A stretch of DNA of 64,000 nucleotides from Azolla caroliniana (taxonomy: Eukaryota > Plantae > Polypodiophyta). Positions within the stretch are counted from its first letter, which is position 1. Every line of letters starts with the position of its first letter. The stretch covers positions 1,488,001 to 1,552,000 of the forward strand of contig JBHGNT010000008.1 of assembly GCA_043228905.1 (NCBI GenBank). The letters are read 5' to 3'. Below are positions 39,101-51,300 of this stretch, in pieces. The translations under genes and the position numbers were made by a program. The notes beneath the pieces are model-generated. The model saw only the letters and a program-made list of their open reading frames with translations. It was not told the origin of the DNA and did not search any database.

Positions 39101-40780
39101 AGAGTCAAGAACGACAGAGCTGACCGAAGGAAGAAGGCCAAGACCCGGACATGGTCCGATGTGGTGAAGGGCTTGGAACTAGAAGACGAATCGAGAGCAA
39201 CTGATTCGGACAAGAGCTGGAACGAATCAGAGACAGTCGATTCGGTTCAACAGACAGATTTGGAAGAACCGGATCAATTCAAGGCCAAGCAGACACGGAT
39301 GTAGCGAAAGTCGATGCCATCGCGGAGAAACCGACGGATCGATAAGCGCCAGAGTCATAGCAGCGAAGGAGGTGAGAGGGGCCTATTGAGCAGACATACT
39401 GACCGAGAAGGTTAAGGCGCGCAGAACAAGAGGGGTCACGGCAAATAGAACCGGACCGGACGAGGAGCGCAAGCAAGGCGGAGCGACGCCAGGAGAAGTC
39501 GGTTGGAGGAACCGACTGCCACAGAGACTGACACAAGGATCCAACCTCAAGTTGAGCTTGAGGGAGAGGTGTTGAGCGGCAAGCTCAACTGGAGCCGGAT
39601 CGGCTGAATAAGCTTGAGCCGGCAAGCAAGACAGATCAGTAAGTCGTGAGCAACCGAGCTGGCAAGCAATAGAGCTAGTGAGCTGGGGAGTCGGTTAGCC
39701 GGATCCAATCAATAACCGGAAGCCTAGTATTAGTGTAGACTACTAGGCAATTATAGTCTCGTAGTAAGTGTCAGATGCTCGTGTGAGCATTGAAGTACGC
39801 AGTACTTCTGTCAGTCCCATGAGGACTTGTATAAATAGTGCTATTGAGCATAGTTGTAAATATAGAGTAATTATATCAGTTTTTGAATATAGCTTTTACG
39901 TTTTGCTCTCTTTGTCTCTCCCGTGTACTTTGTGTATTCCCTACTTTCTCTGTTTTCTAACGCTTCTGCAAGTAATCGTTTACAAAAATTGTCATGACAC
40001 ATACACAACCGAACATTTTGGTAGTACTAAAACGTTGGATTTCGTACATCATCCATATGGTTTGTTGGAGCCATTACCGACCCCAAGCAAACCATGCCAA
40101 TCTATTTCTCTCAATTTTATTACACATCTTCCGGACTCGAGGGGCTTCATGCAATCTTAACATTGGTAGAGGGATATACTAAGATGGCATATTTCGTGCC
40201 ATGTACTAAAGAAATCACTAGTGAAGAAACCGCTAGAATTGTTATGCATGAAGTATTTTGGCATCATAGTCTTCCCGACAGTATCATCAGTGATCGTGAA
40301 CCACAATTTGTCTCTAAATTTTGGAAGCATCTCTTTAAAATGCTCATGGTCACCTGCAATCTCTCCTCCGACTATCATCCCCAAACAGATGGACAAGCAG
40401 AACGTACTAATCAAACGTTGGAATACTATCTTCGGTGTTTCCTAACCTATCAACAAGATGATTGGGCAAATATTCTACACTTTGCTGAATTTGCTTATAA
40501 TAATTCTATCCACTCCTCTACTAGGGTTACAACATTCTACGCTTATATCGGCTATCATTCTCACTGGTGTGTGATAGAAACTCCTGAGTTACCTACAAAT
40601 CCTAATGCAAAGGATCATTTGGAGCGATTACGACAAATTCAGGCAAAAATATCTACCCACCTACATAGAGCCCAACAAATACAGGACTATGCGAATCTTC
40701 ATCGGCTTCCATCCTCTTTTAACATTGGAGATCGAGTATGGCTATTACGATGACACATCAAGACTACTCGACTGTGTGAT
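33169..40780 (+). pseudogene. Old truncated Tcn1/Tf1-like gypsy pol fragment (RT end, RNase H, integrase), split by the copia at 34240-39984
   Basis: YSKTQEEH..YAKLEKCSF, EINYEIHDKEL, YHPQTDGQAERTNQ, GDRVWL; homologous to pol at 48365-51970; many stops. Confidence 0.85.
34240..39984 (+). mobile_element. Full-length degenerate Ty1/copia element (copia A)
   Basis: 415-bp LTRs TGTTG...TTACA at 34240-34654 and 39570-39984; TSD AAAAT; PBS TGGTATGAGAGC at 34655; PPT GAGGGAGAGG; gag CWYCGKKGHRESEC, WYVDS, QNGVAKRKNR, LHQMDVKNAFL, LLYVDD, RTKHIEVHYHF. Confidence 0.95.
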
Positions 40781-41570
40781 CCGGTGCGAACCGGATCCAA
40801 GGACATATTTGAAAATATGTTAGGATAAGCCCCCTGAGGCTATATTTGTAAATAACCCAAAAGTCATATAAGTATAAATATGACTTAGGGTAATCACATT
40901 ATCATGACAATGTTGTTGTCAATTGTTGTTGTCAATTGTTGTTGAGAATATATTGTATAGAGAGAGAGAGAGACACACACACACACACACACACACAACC
41001 ATACTCTATTGTAACCGCCGTTTGGTGAAGATACAGAGCTTGAGGTCGTTGCCTCCGAGTCTCTGATTGTACCTTTCTCATATAGTGATGGTTTGGAGTC
41101 TGTGGGCTCCCATGGTTTTTCCCTATTTAGGGTTTTCCACGTAAACATCATGTGTTCTCTATCGTTGTTTGTGTGTGGACGTGCATTCACTCCCTACTTC
41201 CCATTTCTGTGTTTGATCCTCACCGAAGTGATTCAAGACTCGGTTGTGGCCGAGCAATATTCCGCACTATTTCCTACAATCTGGTATCAGAGCATACAAG
41301 GGAATGGAAGAATCATTCAGCGGCATGTTCAAGCTCATCGGCTCCAACTACCTAGTGTGGAAGTCGAAGATGAGGGACATGCTCGTGGTCAAAGATCTCT
41401 GGCTATCGGTACAGTTCGGGGACAAGAAACCAGACAAGATCGATGCCATGACATGGGAGGTGAAGCACATGAAGACAACGACGTACATCCGATGTTTCAT
41501 CGACATGAGCCTATATAATGTCATGAAGACATACATCTTGGCTTATCATGACATTCATCTTGGCGAACCA

Positions 41571-41624
41571 GGAATCGAACCCATAACCTCTTGGTTTACA
41601 TATTGTACTTTAACCATTGTAATA
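41571..41624 (-). promoter_or_regulatory. tRNA-like A/B-box module in U3 of element A (also 52015-52068)
   Basis: Minus strand reads TATTACAATGGTTAAAG ... GAGGTTATGGGTTCGATTCC, span 54 nt. Confidence 0.65.
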
Positions 41625-41677
41625 ACATATGTGAGATGTAATCATAATAATTATATGTTTAGTTATTACGAGATATT

Positions 41678-41803
41678 TAGAACATTCTAGATTATTCTAG
41701 AATGTTCTTGAATATTTCATGATTATATTTATTATTATTATTATTCATAAATATCTAAAATATTCTAGAACATTCTAGAATACTCCATAAGGGCCTATAA
41801 ATA
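41678..41803 (+). promoter_or_regulatory. Heat-shock-element array and TATA box in LTR U3
   Basis: TTCtaGAAcaTTCtaGAA at 41763-41780, more GAAnnTTC units upstream, TATAAATA at 41796. Confidence 0.65.
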
Positions 41804-42069
41804 AGAGTCCATACACTCATCACAACTCATTCGGTTCAACACCAGTCTTTAGCCCTTAGCCTACTCCTTGTAATCTTCTTTCTCATAATATAATCTCATT
41901 CTCATTTCTTATCTCTCACTTATACTTTTCTCTCTCTCGCACTCTCTCCCTCTTTCACTCTCTTTTGCTATCACTATCGCTATCTCTACCGCTCTCGCCA
42001 TCTCTATCGTTATCGTTATCTCTATCGCCATCGCTCTCTCTCTGCTTCCTACTCAAGAGTCACGACAGT

Positions 42070-42080
42070 TTGAACCGAAT
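42070..42080 (+). other. Self-priming PBS of element A
   Basis: TTGAACCGAAT is the exact reverse complement of ATTCGGTTCAA (41829-41839), which lies 33 nt after the TATA box. Confidence 0.85.
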
Positions 42081-42152
42081 ATTTCTTTTCCCTTTCTCCA
42101 ATAACCCTAGCAAGCTTTCTTCTTTATCCTTCTTTCTTTTTCCCCCGCGGTT

Positions 42153-45100
42153 ATGGAGTCGGTCAGCAAGCAAGAGTATATGCGTGTCCTTTCGGAGCTC
42201 GATATGATCACCACTAAGTTTGTGGCATTAGAGCAAGAAAATCAAAGGCTACTCGGGGATCTTCAACAAGTCAGTACTGAGAAAGCTCATCAATATGAGG
42301 AGTTATCACAACGGGTTCATCAACTTGAGGCTACTATATTAACTTTACGAGAACAAGCGGCGGGGGTTCAAAACTCCCCAAGGGAACCAAAGATTAGCCT
42401 CCCTGCCAAGTTTGATGGTACCAGATCTCTCTTTCGAGGTTTCCTGAATCAAGTTCGTTTGGTGATTCAGTTACATCCCAATCGGTATCCAACTGATGCT
42501 GCCCGTGTGGGATTAATAGGAACCTTGCTAAGCGGTACAGCGTTAGCATGGTTTGCACCACTTCTTGAGAAGAAATCACCATTACTGGAGGATTTCGAGG
42601 AATTCGTTAAGGAGTTTCAAGCTAGTTTTGGAGATACGGATAGCACTAGGACTGCAATAAACAAGATTCGAAGACTCCGACAAGGAGATCGTCCCGCTTC
42701 AGCTTATGCCGCAGATTTCCGTCTCTTGGCATGCGACATCCCTTGGGATGAGGCAGCCTTAATGGATCAATTCCGTCAGGGTTTGCGTAACGATGTCAAA
42801 GATCTTCTTCTTACTTTCAGTGAGAGCAGCCGCGAGAGAGAGAGAGAGGGATAGAGCGTGAGAGAGGAAGAGGTCGACGCCTCTGTGTATTTCCGCCGCC
42901 TGTGGCGAGGACAGCGAGCTCAAGGTCGTCGCCTTGCAGCTCGCCATTGTATACTTCTCTGTATAGTGTTGGTTCGGAGTCTTGTACTCCCGTGGTTTTT
43001 CCCGTCTAGGGTTTTCCACGTTAATCCCTGTGTGTTCGCGTTTTGTTTCTCTTTGTGGTTCCTATTTTCTGCTGCATCGATTCGCGCTTACTCGGTTGTG
43101 GCCGAGGGAAGAAGGTTAATCGTGTGGTTGATTCCTTACAAACTGGTATCAGAGCGAACTGCTGCAGAAAATGGAAGGCGGCGGCAGCGGGCAGCCGGGG
43201 ATGATGGTGCTGAATGCGCAGAATTACGCCGACTGGAAGATCAAGATGGAGGATCTTCTGATTGTTCGGGACCTGTATGAACCGATTGACAGGTCGGAAA
43301 TACCGAAGGGGGTACTTGAGTCGGAGTGGAAGCTCCTGAACCGGAAAGCCGTAGCGACGATCCGACAATATGTCGATGTAAGCGTCCTACAACATGTGGC
43401 GAACGACACCAACGCATATGAGATGTGGAAGAAGCTGTCGGGCCTCTACGAGAGGAAGAATGCGTTGAACCGGACCTCCCTGATGAGGAAGATAGTGAAT
43501 CTCAAGTACCGGGACGGCGAGAGTATGGTGGAACACGTAAGCACGTTCATGGGATTCGTGAATCAGCTTGCGGCGATCAAGTTCCCGTTGGAGGATGCAA
43601 TGCAAGCCATCATCCTGATGTGTACATTGCCGGAAAGCTGGGAGAACTTGGTGGTGACTCTCAGCACCTCCTGCACCGAAGATAACTTGTCCTTACAAAC
43701 GGTAAAGACAAGTATTTTGAACGAAGAAGCGCGTCGGAGAGACAAAGAACCGGCCTCCGACTCAAAGGCGCTGCTCACCGAATCGGATCGGGGAAGACAA
43801 TGGAACCGGAGTCCGCAAAGACGGGAGAAGTCGGGGACCCGGTCGCAGTCAAGAGGAAGGCCCACATGCTTCCACTGTGGGAAGCCGGGGCATTTCCGAA
43901 AGAATTGTCGGCATTACCGAAAAGACAACGGAGCCGACGACACCGATTCGAAGAAGTCACCGGACAGAAACGGTGCATACCGGGGAGCCACGGACCGGAG
44001 AGGTTCGGATCGGCGAGGGCAGGACCGGAAAGGAACAACGGCACTCGCGGCAAGTGAGGAAGAAATCATGCTCATCACCGAAGAAAGTGAAGTAAACATT
44101 GCCGGCGATGAGACGACCTGGGTGGTCGATTCCGGAGCATCGTTCCACCTGACCCCGGAGAGAAGATACTTCTCATCCTACACAGCCGGTGAGCATGGCT
44201 GTGTTCGAATGGGAAATGAAGGTACGTGCCGGATTGCCGGCATCGGAGACGTGTGGTTGACAACCCCGACCGGATGCAAAATGCTGCTGAAGGATGTCCG
44301 ACACGTTCCGGAGGTTCGATTGAACCTGATTTCGGCCGGGAGGCTAGACGATGAAGGCTACACAGGTAGCATCCGGAACGGCGTAATGAAGTTCAGCAAG
44401 GGGAGCCTGATAGTGGCTCGGGCCCGGAAAGACAACACACTGTACCTGATGAATGCCCGGTTATGTCCGGAAGAGCTGAATGTGGCAGCCGACACTGCCG
44501 GTGAGCTGTGGCACAAAAGACTGTGCCACATGAGTGAGAAGGGGATGAAGAGGCTTGCAAAAGACAACCTTATTCCAGTGAAGCATGTGCACCTGGAGAA
44601 GTGCACCGATTGCCTGGCTGGTAAACAGAACCGAACCTCCTTCCACTCAAGGCCACCGACGAGACGTAGCGCACCATTGGAGTTGGTGCACACTGATGTG
44701 TGTCAGGTAGAAACGAAGTCACATGGCGGAGCCCAGTACTTCGTAACATTCATTGATGATCACAGCCGGAAGCTGTGGACGGCACCGTTGAAGACAAAGG
44801 ACCAAGTGTTGTGCGTCTTCAAAGAACTCCACGCGAGAGTGGAAAGGGAATCCGGCAAGAAGCTGAAAGCGATACGAGCGGATAACGGAGGGGAATACCG
44901 GGGGCAGTTCCAGGAGTACTGTCGCTCGAAGGGAATCCGACTCGAGTTTACTGTGCCGAAGACGCCGGAACTGAACGGGTTGGCCGAGAGGATGAACCGG
45001 ACCATAATGGAGAGGGTCCGGAGTATGCTGGCGCATGCGAAATTACCCAAGGGGTTTTGGGCTGAGGCAATGTCGACGGCGACATACGTGATAAACAGAT

Positions 45101-48100
45101 CACCCTCAGTACCTTTGGACGGAGACACGCCGCAGAGAGTGTGGACCGGTAGGGAAGTATCTTACCGGCATCTGAAGGTGTTCGGGTGTCTCGCATACGT
45201 GCATGTGGCAAAGGACCGGAGAGGAAAGCTAGATCCGAAGACCCGGCCATGCATATTCCTCAGTTACGGCGACGACGAGTTCGGCTACCGAGTATGGGAC
45301 CCGGTCGACAAGAAGATATTCAGGAGTCGAGACATCATCTTCATGGAGGACAAGACACTTACCGACTGAGAGTCGGAGAAGAAGATGAAGAGCTCCAAGT
45401 CGACCGGTGAGGATCAACTCTACGAGGAGCAGTCCCGACCGGCAAGAGACCGGTTAGCACTCGAGGATCCGGCCGAAGACGGTGAAGAAACAGAACCGGC
45501 CGAAGAAGATGAAAATGATACCGGAACCGGCCCCGATCCCGAAATGGATTCGGATGAAGAAGAATCGGAAGAACCGGTTACCGAAGCTCCGGAACGGAGA
45601 TATCCTCTAAGAGAGAGAAGGGCCCCCCGGAGATTTCCGGAACCAGAGCACGTGCTGCTAACCGACGAAGGGGAGCCGGAGAGCTTTGAAGAAGCAAAGC
45701 ATGACACCCAGAGCCGCAGGTGGTTGAGTGCCATGCAGGACGAGATGGATTCCCTGCATGAGAACCACACATATGAACTTGTGGAGTTGCCGAAAGGAAA
45801 GCGGGCACTTCGAAACAAGTGGGTGTTCAAGCTGAAACCGGGAGATGCCGGAAACCCCCCGAGATACAAAGCCAGGATCGTGGTGAAGGGGTTTCAGCAG
45901 AAGAAGGGCGTCGACTTCGACGAGATATTTGCCCCGGTAGTGAAGATGACCTCCATCCGGACGGTACTGAGCATAGCGGCAAGCATGGACCTCGAGGTAG
46001 AACAGATGGACGTGAAGACGGCATTCCTTCACGGTGACCTCGATGAAGAGATCTACATGCAGCAACCGGAAGGATTCGAGAAGAAAGGGAAGGAGCACCT
46101 GGTATGCCGGTTGAAGAAGAGCCTTTACGGACTGAAGCAGGCTCCCCGGCAATGGTACCGGAAGTTCGACTCCTTCATGACCGACGAAGGGTACCTCAAA
46201 ACGCAGTCCGACCACTGCGTGTTTGTGAAGAAGCTCGAAGGAGGAGACTCTCTAATACTCCTCCTATACGTGGACGACATGTTGATCGTCGGACGGGACC
46301 AGGTCAAGATACGGATGCTGAAGAAGGCTCTTCACCGAACCTTCTCAATGAAGGACTTGGGTCCGGCGAGACAAATACTAGGGATGCACATCATCCGGGA
46401 CCGGAGCAAGAAGCAGTTGTGGCTGTCACAAGAGAAGTACGTGACAAAGGTGCTTCACCGGTTCAACATGTCGGAAGCAAGACCGGTCGGATCGACCCTC
46501 CCGGCAAACTGCAAGCTGTCCAACAAGCAAAGTCCCAAGACAAAGGCTGAAAAGGAGGATATGATGAAAGTGCCATATGCCTCAGCCGTTGGGAGCTTGA
46601 TGTACGCCATGGTGTGTACGAGACCGGACATCGGATATGCAGTCGGAGTGGTGAGCCGGTACATGAGCAATCCCGGCAAAGAGCATTGGAACGCGGCCAA
46701 GTGGATACTCCGATACCTGAAGGGCACGGCAAACGTGTGCCTCCGATTCGGCTCCGGTAAGCCCGAACTCGACGGCTTTACCGATTCGGATATGTCGGCT
46801 GATGCAGATACCAGCCGGTCCACATCAGGGTATGTGATGACGTATGCAAGGGGGGCTGTTTCATGGCAGTCAAGGCTGCAGAAGACGGTTGCGTTGTCAA
46901 CTACGGAGGCGGAGTACATGGCGGCTGTTGAAGCCGGCAAGGAAGTAATATGGATGAAGGACTTCATTAGAGAGCTCGGTATCCGGCAGGAGGAGTACCG
47001 ACTCTACTGCGACAGTCAGAGTGCAATCCACCTTGCGAAGAACGCGGCCTACCATTCCCGGACGAAACACATCCAGCGTAGATACCACTGGATCCGGGAA
47101 AGGATAGAAGACAAGGAGTTCGTGCTGACGAAGATCCACACGGACGAGAACGGGTCGGATATGCTGACCAAGGTGCTCACACCCGACAAGCTGGAAGCAT
47201 GCCGGAAGAGGATCGGATTGGAGAGACATCCCATGCCGAAGTGAAGGGGGAGTTTGTTGGGTTTACGGTCCCTTTCGGATGGGATGGTCGGATGTCGAAG
47301 ATGAATACCGACAAGCCCGGTTTCGGTTCTTTGGAACCGGATGATGAAGACCCCGGTTTCGGAACAGGATGACGAATGTACCCGGAGAGAGATCCGGATG
47401 CAGGAACATATCCGTGAATATGTTTGCTAAGGGCCCCCTGAGGCTATAGTTGTAAATAGCCCCAAAGTCATATATGTATAAATATGACTTAGGGCAAACA
47501 GTTTCTATGTTGCTGATCATTTTTCTGTTTTTCCACTCTAGAGGAGTGAAGTGAGAGCAGCCGCGAGAGAGAGAGAGAGGGATAGAGCGTGAGAGAGGAA
47601 GAGGTCGACGCCTCTGTGTATTTCCGCCGCCTGTGGCGAGGACAGCGAGCTCAAGGTCGTCGCCTTGCAGCTCGCCATTGTATACTTCTCTGTATAGTGT
47701 TGGTTCGGAGTCTTGTACTCCCGTGGTTTTTCCCGTCTAGGGTTTTCCACGTTAATCCCTGTGTGTTCGCGTTTTGTTTCTCTTTGTGGTTCTTATTTTC
47801 TGCTGCATCGATTCGCGCTTACTCGGTTGTGGCCGAGGGAAGAAGGTTAATCGTGTGGTTGATTCCTTACACTTTCCATGAAGATCCAAAGTCTCTTACT
47901 GAAGCTATTAGCCGAGCTGTGCGATGTGATAATCGCCTATTTGAGCGACGTTCTGAACGTCAACAAATGTTACGCCGCCAACCGGAACAGACATACGCTT
48001 CTATAGTCGCCACACCGCCACAAGGTTCTAGACCCGTTACGAGGGATGGTCCCACTCCGATGGAAATAGAGTCGACACAACGTCGAGGGCCCTTATCAGA

Positions 48101-48338
48101 TGCTGAGAAACAACGACGTCGGGCGCATCGCCTATGCCTCTACTGTGGTGGTCCAGGACATATAGCTGTGAATTGTCCACATAAACCCAGGCGTCAAGTT
48201 TACCAAGTAAGTGCACATGACAACCCTACATCAAGTTCTACTATCACTTCTAATAACTTAAGTACTAAGCCTAATAGCCCATGCCATGAGAATAGATTTG
48301 ATGTCTTGAGCCAATTAGAGGATGTGTTAAACGAATAA
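42153..48338 (+). CDS. gag of element A (42153-42818 + 47877-48338, 375 aa once the copia and one TSD copy are removed)
   Basis: PKISLPAKFDG capsid motif; CLYCGGPGHIAVNC knuckle; the frame is restored exactly (LLTF|HEDPKS). Confidence 0.9.
42819..47871 (+). mobile_element. Very young Tnt1/Tork-like copia (copia C) with truncated 5' LTR
   Basis: TSD CTTTC (42814-42818 and 47872-47876); 5' LTR 42819-43140; PBS TGGTATCAGAGC at 43144; PPT GAAGGGGGAG at 47243-47252; 3' LTR 47255-47871. Confidence 0.96.
43171..47244 (+). CDS. Copia gag-pol polyprotein with one in-frame nonsense codon (TGA 45367-45369)
   Basis: CFHCGKPGHFRKNC, WVVDSGAS, LWHKRLCH..CTDC, NGLAERMNRT, QMDVKTAFLHG, LYVDDML, HSRTKHI. 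Copia B has TGG at the same codon. Confidence 0.93.
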
Positions 48339-48377
48339 GTCCGGCCAAAATAGGAGCCATTTGGTTGGACCATCCTA
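48326..48377 (+). promoter_or_regulatory. -1 ribosomal frameshift signal (GTTAAAC and H-type pseudoknot)
   Basis: Slippery heptamer just before the gag stop; pol is in the -1 frame; stem GTCCGGCCAAA/TTTGGTTGGAC, loop TAGGA pairs with TCCTA. Confidence 0.8.
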
Positions 48378-51300
48378 GTTATGTAGAGTCAGTACCTAGT
48401 TGTGGTTCCATTTCATCAAATCAAGTTAGTAGAGTTTTTTCTGCACAAGTCGAGCTTAGCACATCTACAGGTCATCGCGCCCTAGCCTCTGCCCTCCTAG
48501 ATTCCGGAGCCAATTCTTGTTTCATGGATCGCGAGTTTGCATTGACTCAAAACATCATCTTGAAAAAACTCCCAAACCCAGTAGCTGTAGGAGTCATCGA
48601 TGGTCGCCCTATAGCATCAGGAGATATAGTCGAAGAGTCTGAACCAATTCGTGTAGTCCTAGGTAATTTGGCTAGTGTCATCTCATTTAACATCATTAGT
48701 AGTCCGGAGCACTCTCTAGTTCTTGGTCTTCCTTGGTTTGAGTTACATAACCCAACCATTGATTGGAGAAAAAGAACTATTGAAGAGGTCACCGTACAAT
48801 CCAAGTCTCTTGAAGCTCCAACTAAGGATCTAGGATCCCCCACAATTTCAACAATCTCTATACATCAATTACGAGAGGATGGAAGAAAGGAAGACATGAT
48901 GGTATTTGCGGTTTTAGCAACTCCCTCATCTAGCTCACAAGAATTGGGGGTCCAACTACCAAAGAAGTACATAGAATTCTCCGATGTGTTCGATAAGGTG
49001 AAGGCTAATAGACTACCAGAGCATCGACCATATGATTGCCCAATTGATTTGCAGCCAGGAAAAGAGCCTCCATGGGGACCAATTTATAATCTTTCGCCCA
49101 CGGAGTTAGAGGTTCTTCGAGAATATATCAATGAGAACTTGGCAAATGGTTTTATCCAACATTCAAAATCTCCTGCTGGTGCACCCATCTTTTTCGTTAA
49201 GAAGAAAGATGGTATGCTTCGTATGGTCGTGGATTATCGAGGCTTGAATAAAGTGACCGTTAGAAACCGATATGCTCTCCCATTGATCTCAAGCCTTCTA
49301 GAACGCCTCAGTGAAGCAAAGTATTTCACGAAGTTAGATCTTCGAGGTGCCTACAACCTTGTTCGAATTCGTCCTGGGGATGAATGGAAGACGGCGTTCC
49401 GCACTCGCTATGGTCATTTTGAGTACACAGTGATGCCTTTTGGCCTCACGAATGCACCAGCAGTCTTCCAACATATGGCGAATGATATTTTTCGAGACTT
49501 CCTCGATATCTTCATCATTGTTTACCTGGATGATATCTTGATCTACTCAAAAACTCAAGAAGAACATGATATACATGTTCGCCAAGTTTTGCAATGGCTA
49601 CGAGAGTATGGTCTCTATGCAAAATTGGAGAAGTGTAGTTTCGACCAATGTCAAGTGGAGTTTTTGGGGTACATAGTCTCTTCAAATGGCATCTCTATGG
49701 ATCCATCAAAGGTTCAAACAATTTTGGATTGGCAAACACCACAGTCCGTGCGAGATGTGCAATGTTTTTTGGGGTTCGCAAACTTTTATCGCAAGTTCAT
49801 CAAAGATTATTCAAAAATTGTGTTGCCCCTCACTCAACTGACGCACAAGAATCGACCATTTGTATGGAGTATAGATGCGAACTCTGCATTTGAGGGTTTA
49901 AAGCAAGCATTTACATCCGCACCAATCTTAATCCATGTCGATCCAATGAGGCGCTTTATACTTGAAGCTGATGCATCGGATTTCGCACTCGGAAGTGTAC
50001 TATCCCAAATTGGTGATGATGGTGAACTGCACCCGGTGGCTTTTCACTCACGAAAATTTGAAGCCGCAGAAATCAACTATGAGATTCACGACAAAGAGCT
50101 TCTTGCCATTGTGGATTCTTTTCAACAATGGCGTCATTTTCTGGAGGGTTCTTCTCAGCAGATTATTGTCTACAATGATCATAAAAATCTAACATACTTT
50201 CAAAGTGCTCGAGTCTTGAATCGACGACAAGCTCGTTGGGCGCAGTTCTTAACTCGTTTCGATTTTGTAATTCTATATCGCCCTGGGATGCAACAAGGAA
50301 AAGCAGATGCTTTATCTAGACGTTCGTATATGGAACTTCAACCTGGAGAGGCCGCATTTGAAAGCCAAAAGCAAATCCTCTTAGGTCCTGATCGTCTACG
50401 AATAATGGCAATGCATACCATCAACACACCGGGAGATTCAAGGCTTCTTGATTCCATTCGTGAGCAGATTGCGACTGATGCGTTCGCCCAAGAGGTTTTG
50501 AGCCATATTATCCCAAATCGTGCATCTAGCTCCCAAACTCAAAATCCTCGTCTAGACTACACCCAGTTTAGTTGGCATGATGGGTTACTTTTTCGACAAA
50601 CTCTCTTGTATGTGCTTGACGGTCCTTCTCGACTCAAAGTCATGCAACAATGTCATGACACACCAATGGCGGGACACTTCGGCATCCACAAGACTTTTGA
50701 GTTGATTTCTCGCCGATATTGGTGGCCACGGCTTCACCATTTTGTTACGGATTATGTTCGTAGCTGTGATACATGTTGCCGATCAAAAAAGCCTCGACAT
50801 CATCCATATGGCTTATTACAGCCAATGCCTATTCCGGAGAGCCCATGGAAATCTATTTCCTTGGACTTTATTACGGATCTTCCACCTTCCAAGGGATTTG
50901 ATTCGATTCTCACGGTTGTCGATCGTTTTACGAAGATGGCACATTTCCTTCCATGCACAAAGACCATTACTAGTCAAGAGACAGCTGATTTACTCATGCG
51001 GGAGGTGTTTCGCCATCATGGTCTTCCGGATGATATTATCAGTGATCGGGGTCCCCAATTCATCTCGAAATTTTGGCGGCACATGTTCAAACTCTTACAT
51101 ACTTCTTGTAAACTCTCTTCCGGCTACCATCCAGAGACTAATGGGCAGAGTGAGCGCACCAACCAAACAGTCGAGCAATATCTACGTTGTTTTGTCAACT
51201 ATCAACAAGATGATTGGGTGGATTTACTACCTTTGGCAGAATTTGCTTATAACAACTCCGAGCATTCTTCTACTGGATATTCCCCATTTTTTGCAAACAT

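Noticed and set aside
47589-48338. 249-aa ORF (and 42858-43280) as a novel gene
   Set aside because: Chance fusion of copia LTR sequence, with a GTG start, to the 3' half of the interrupted gag.
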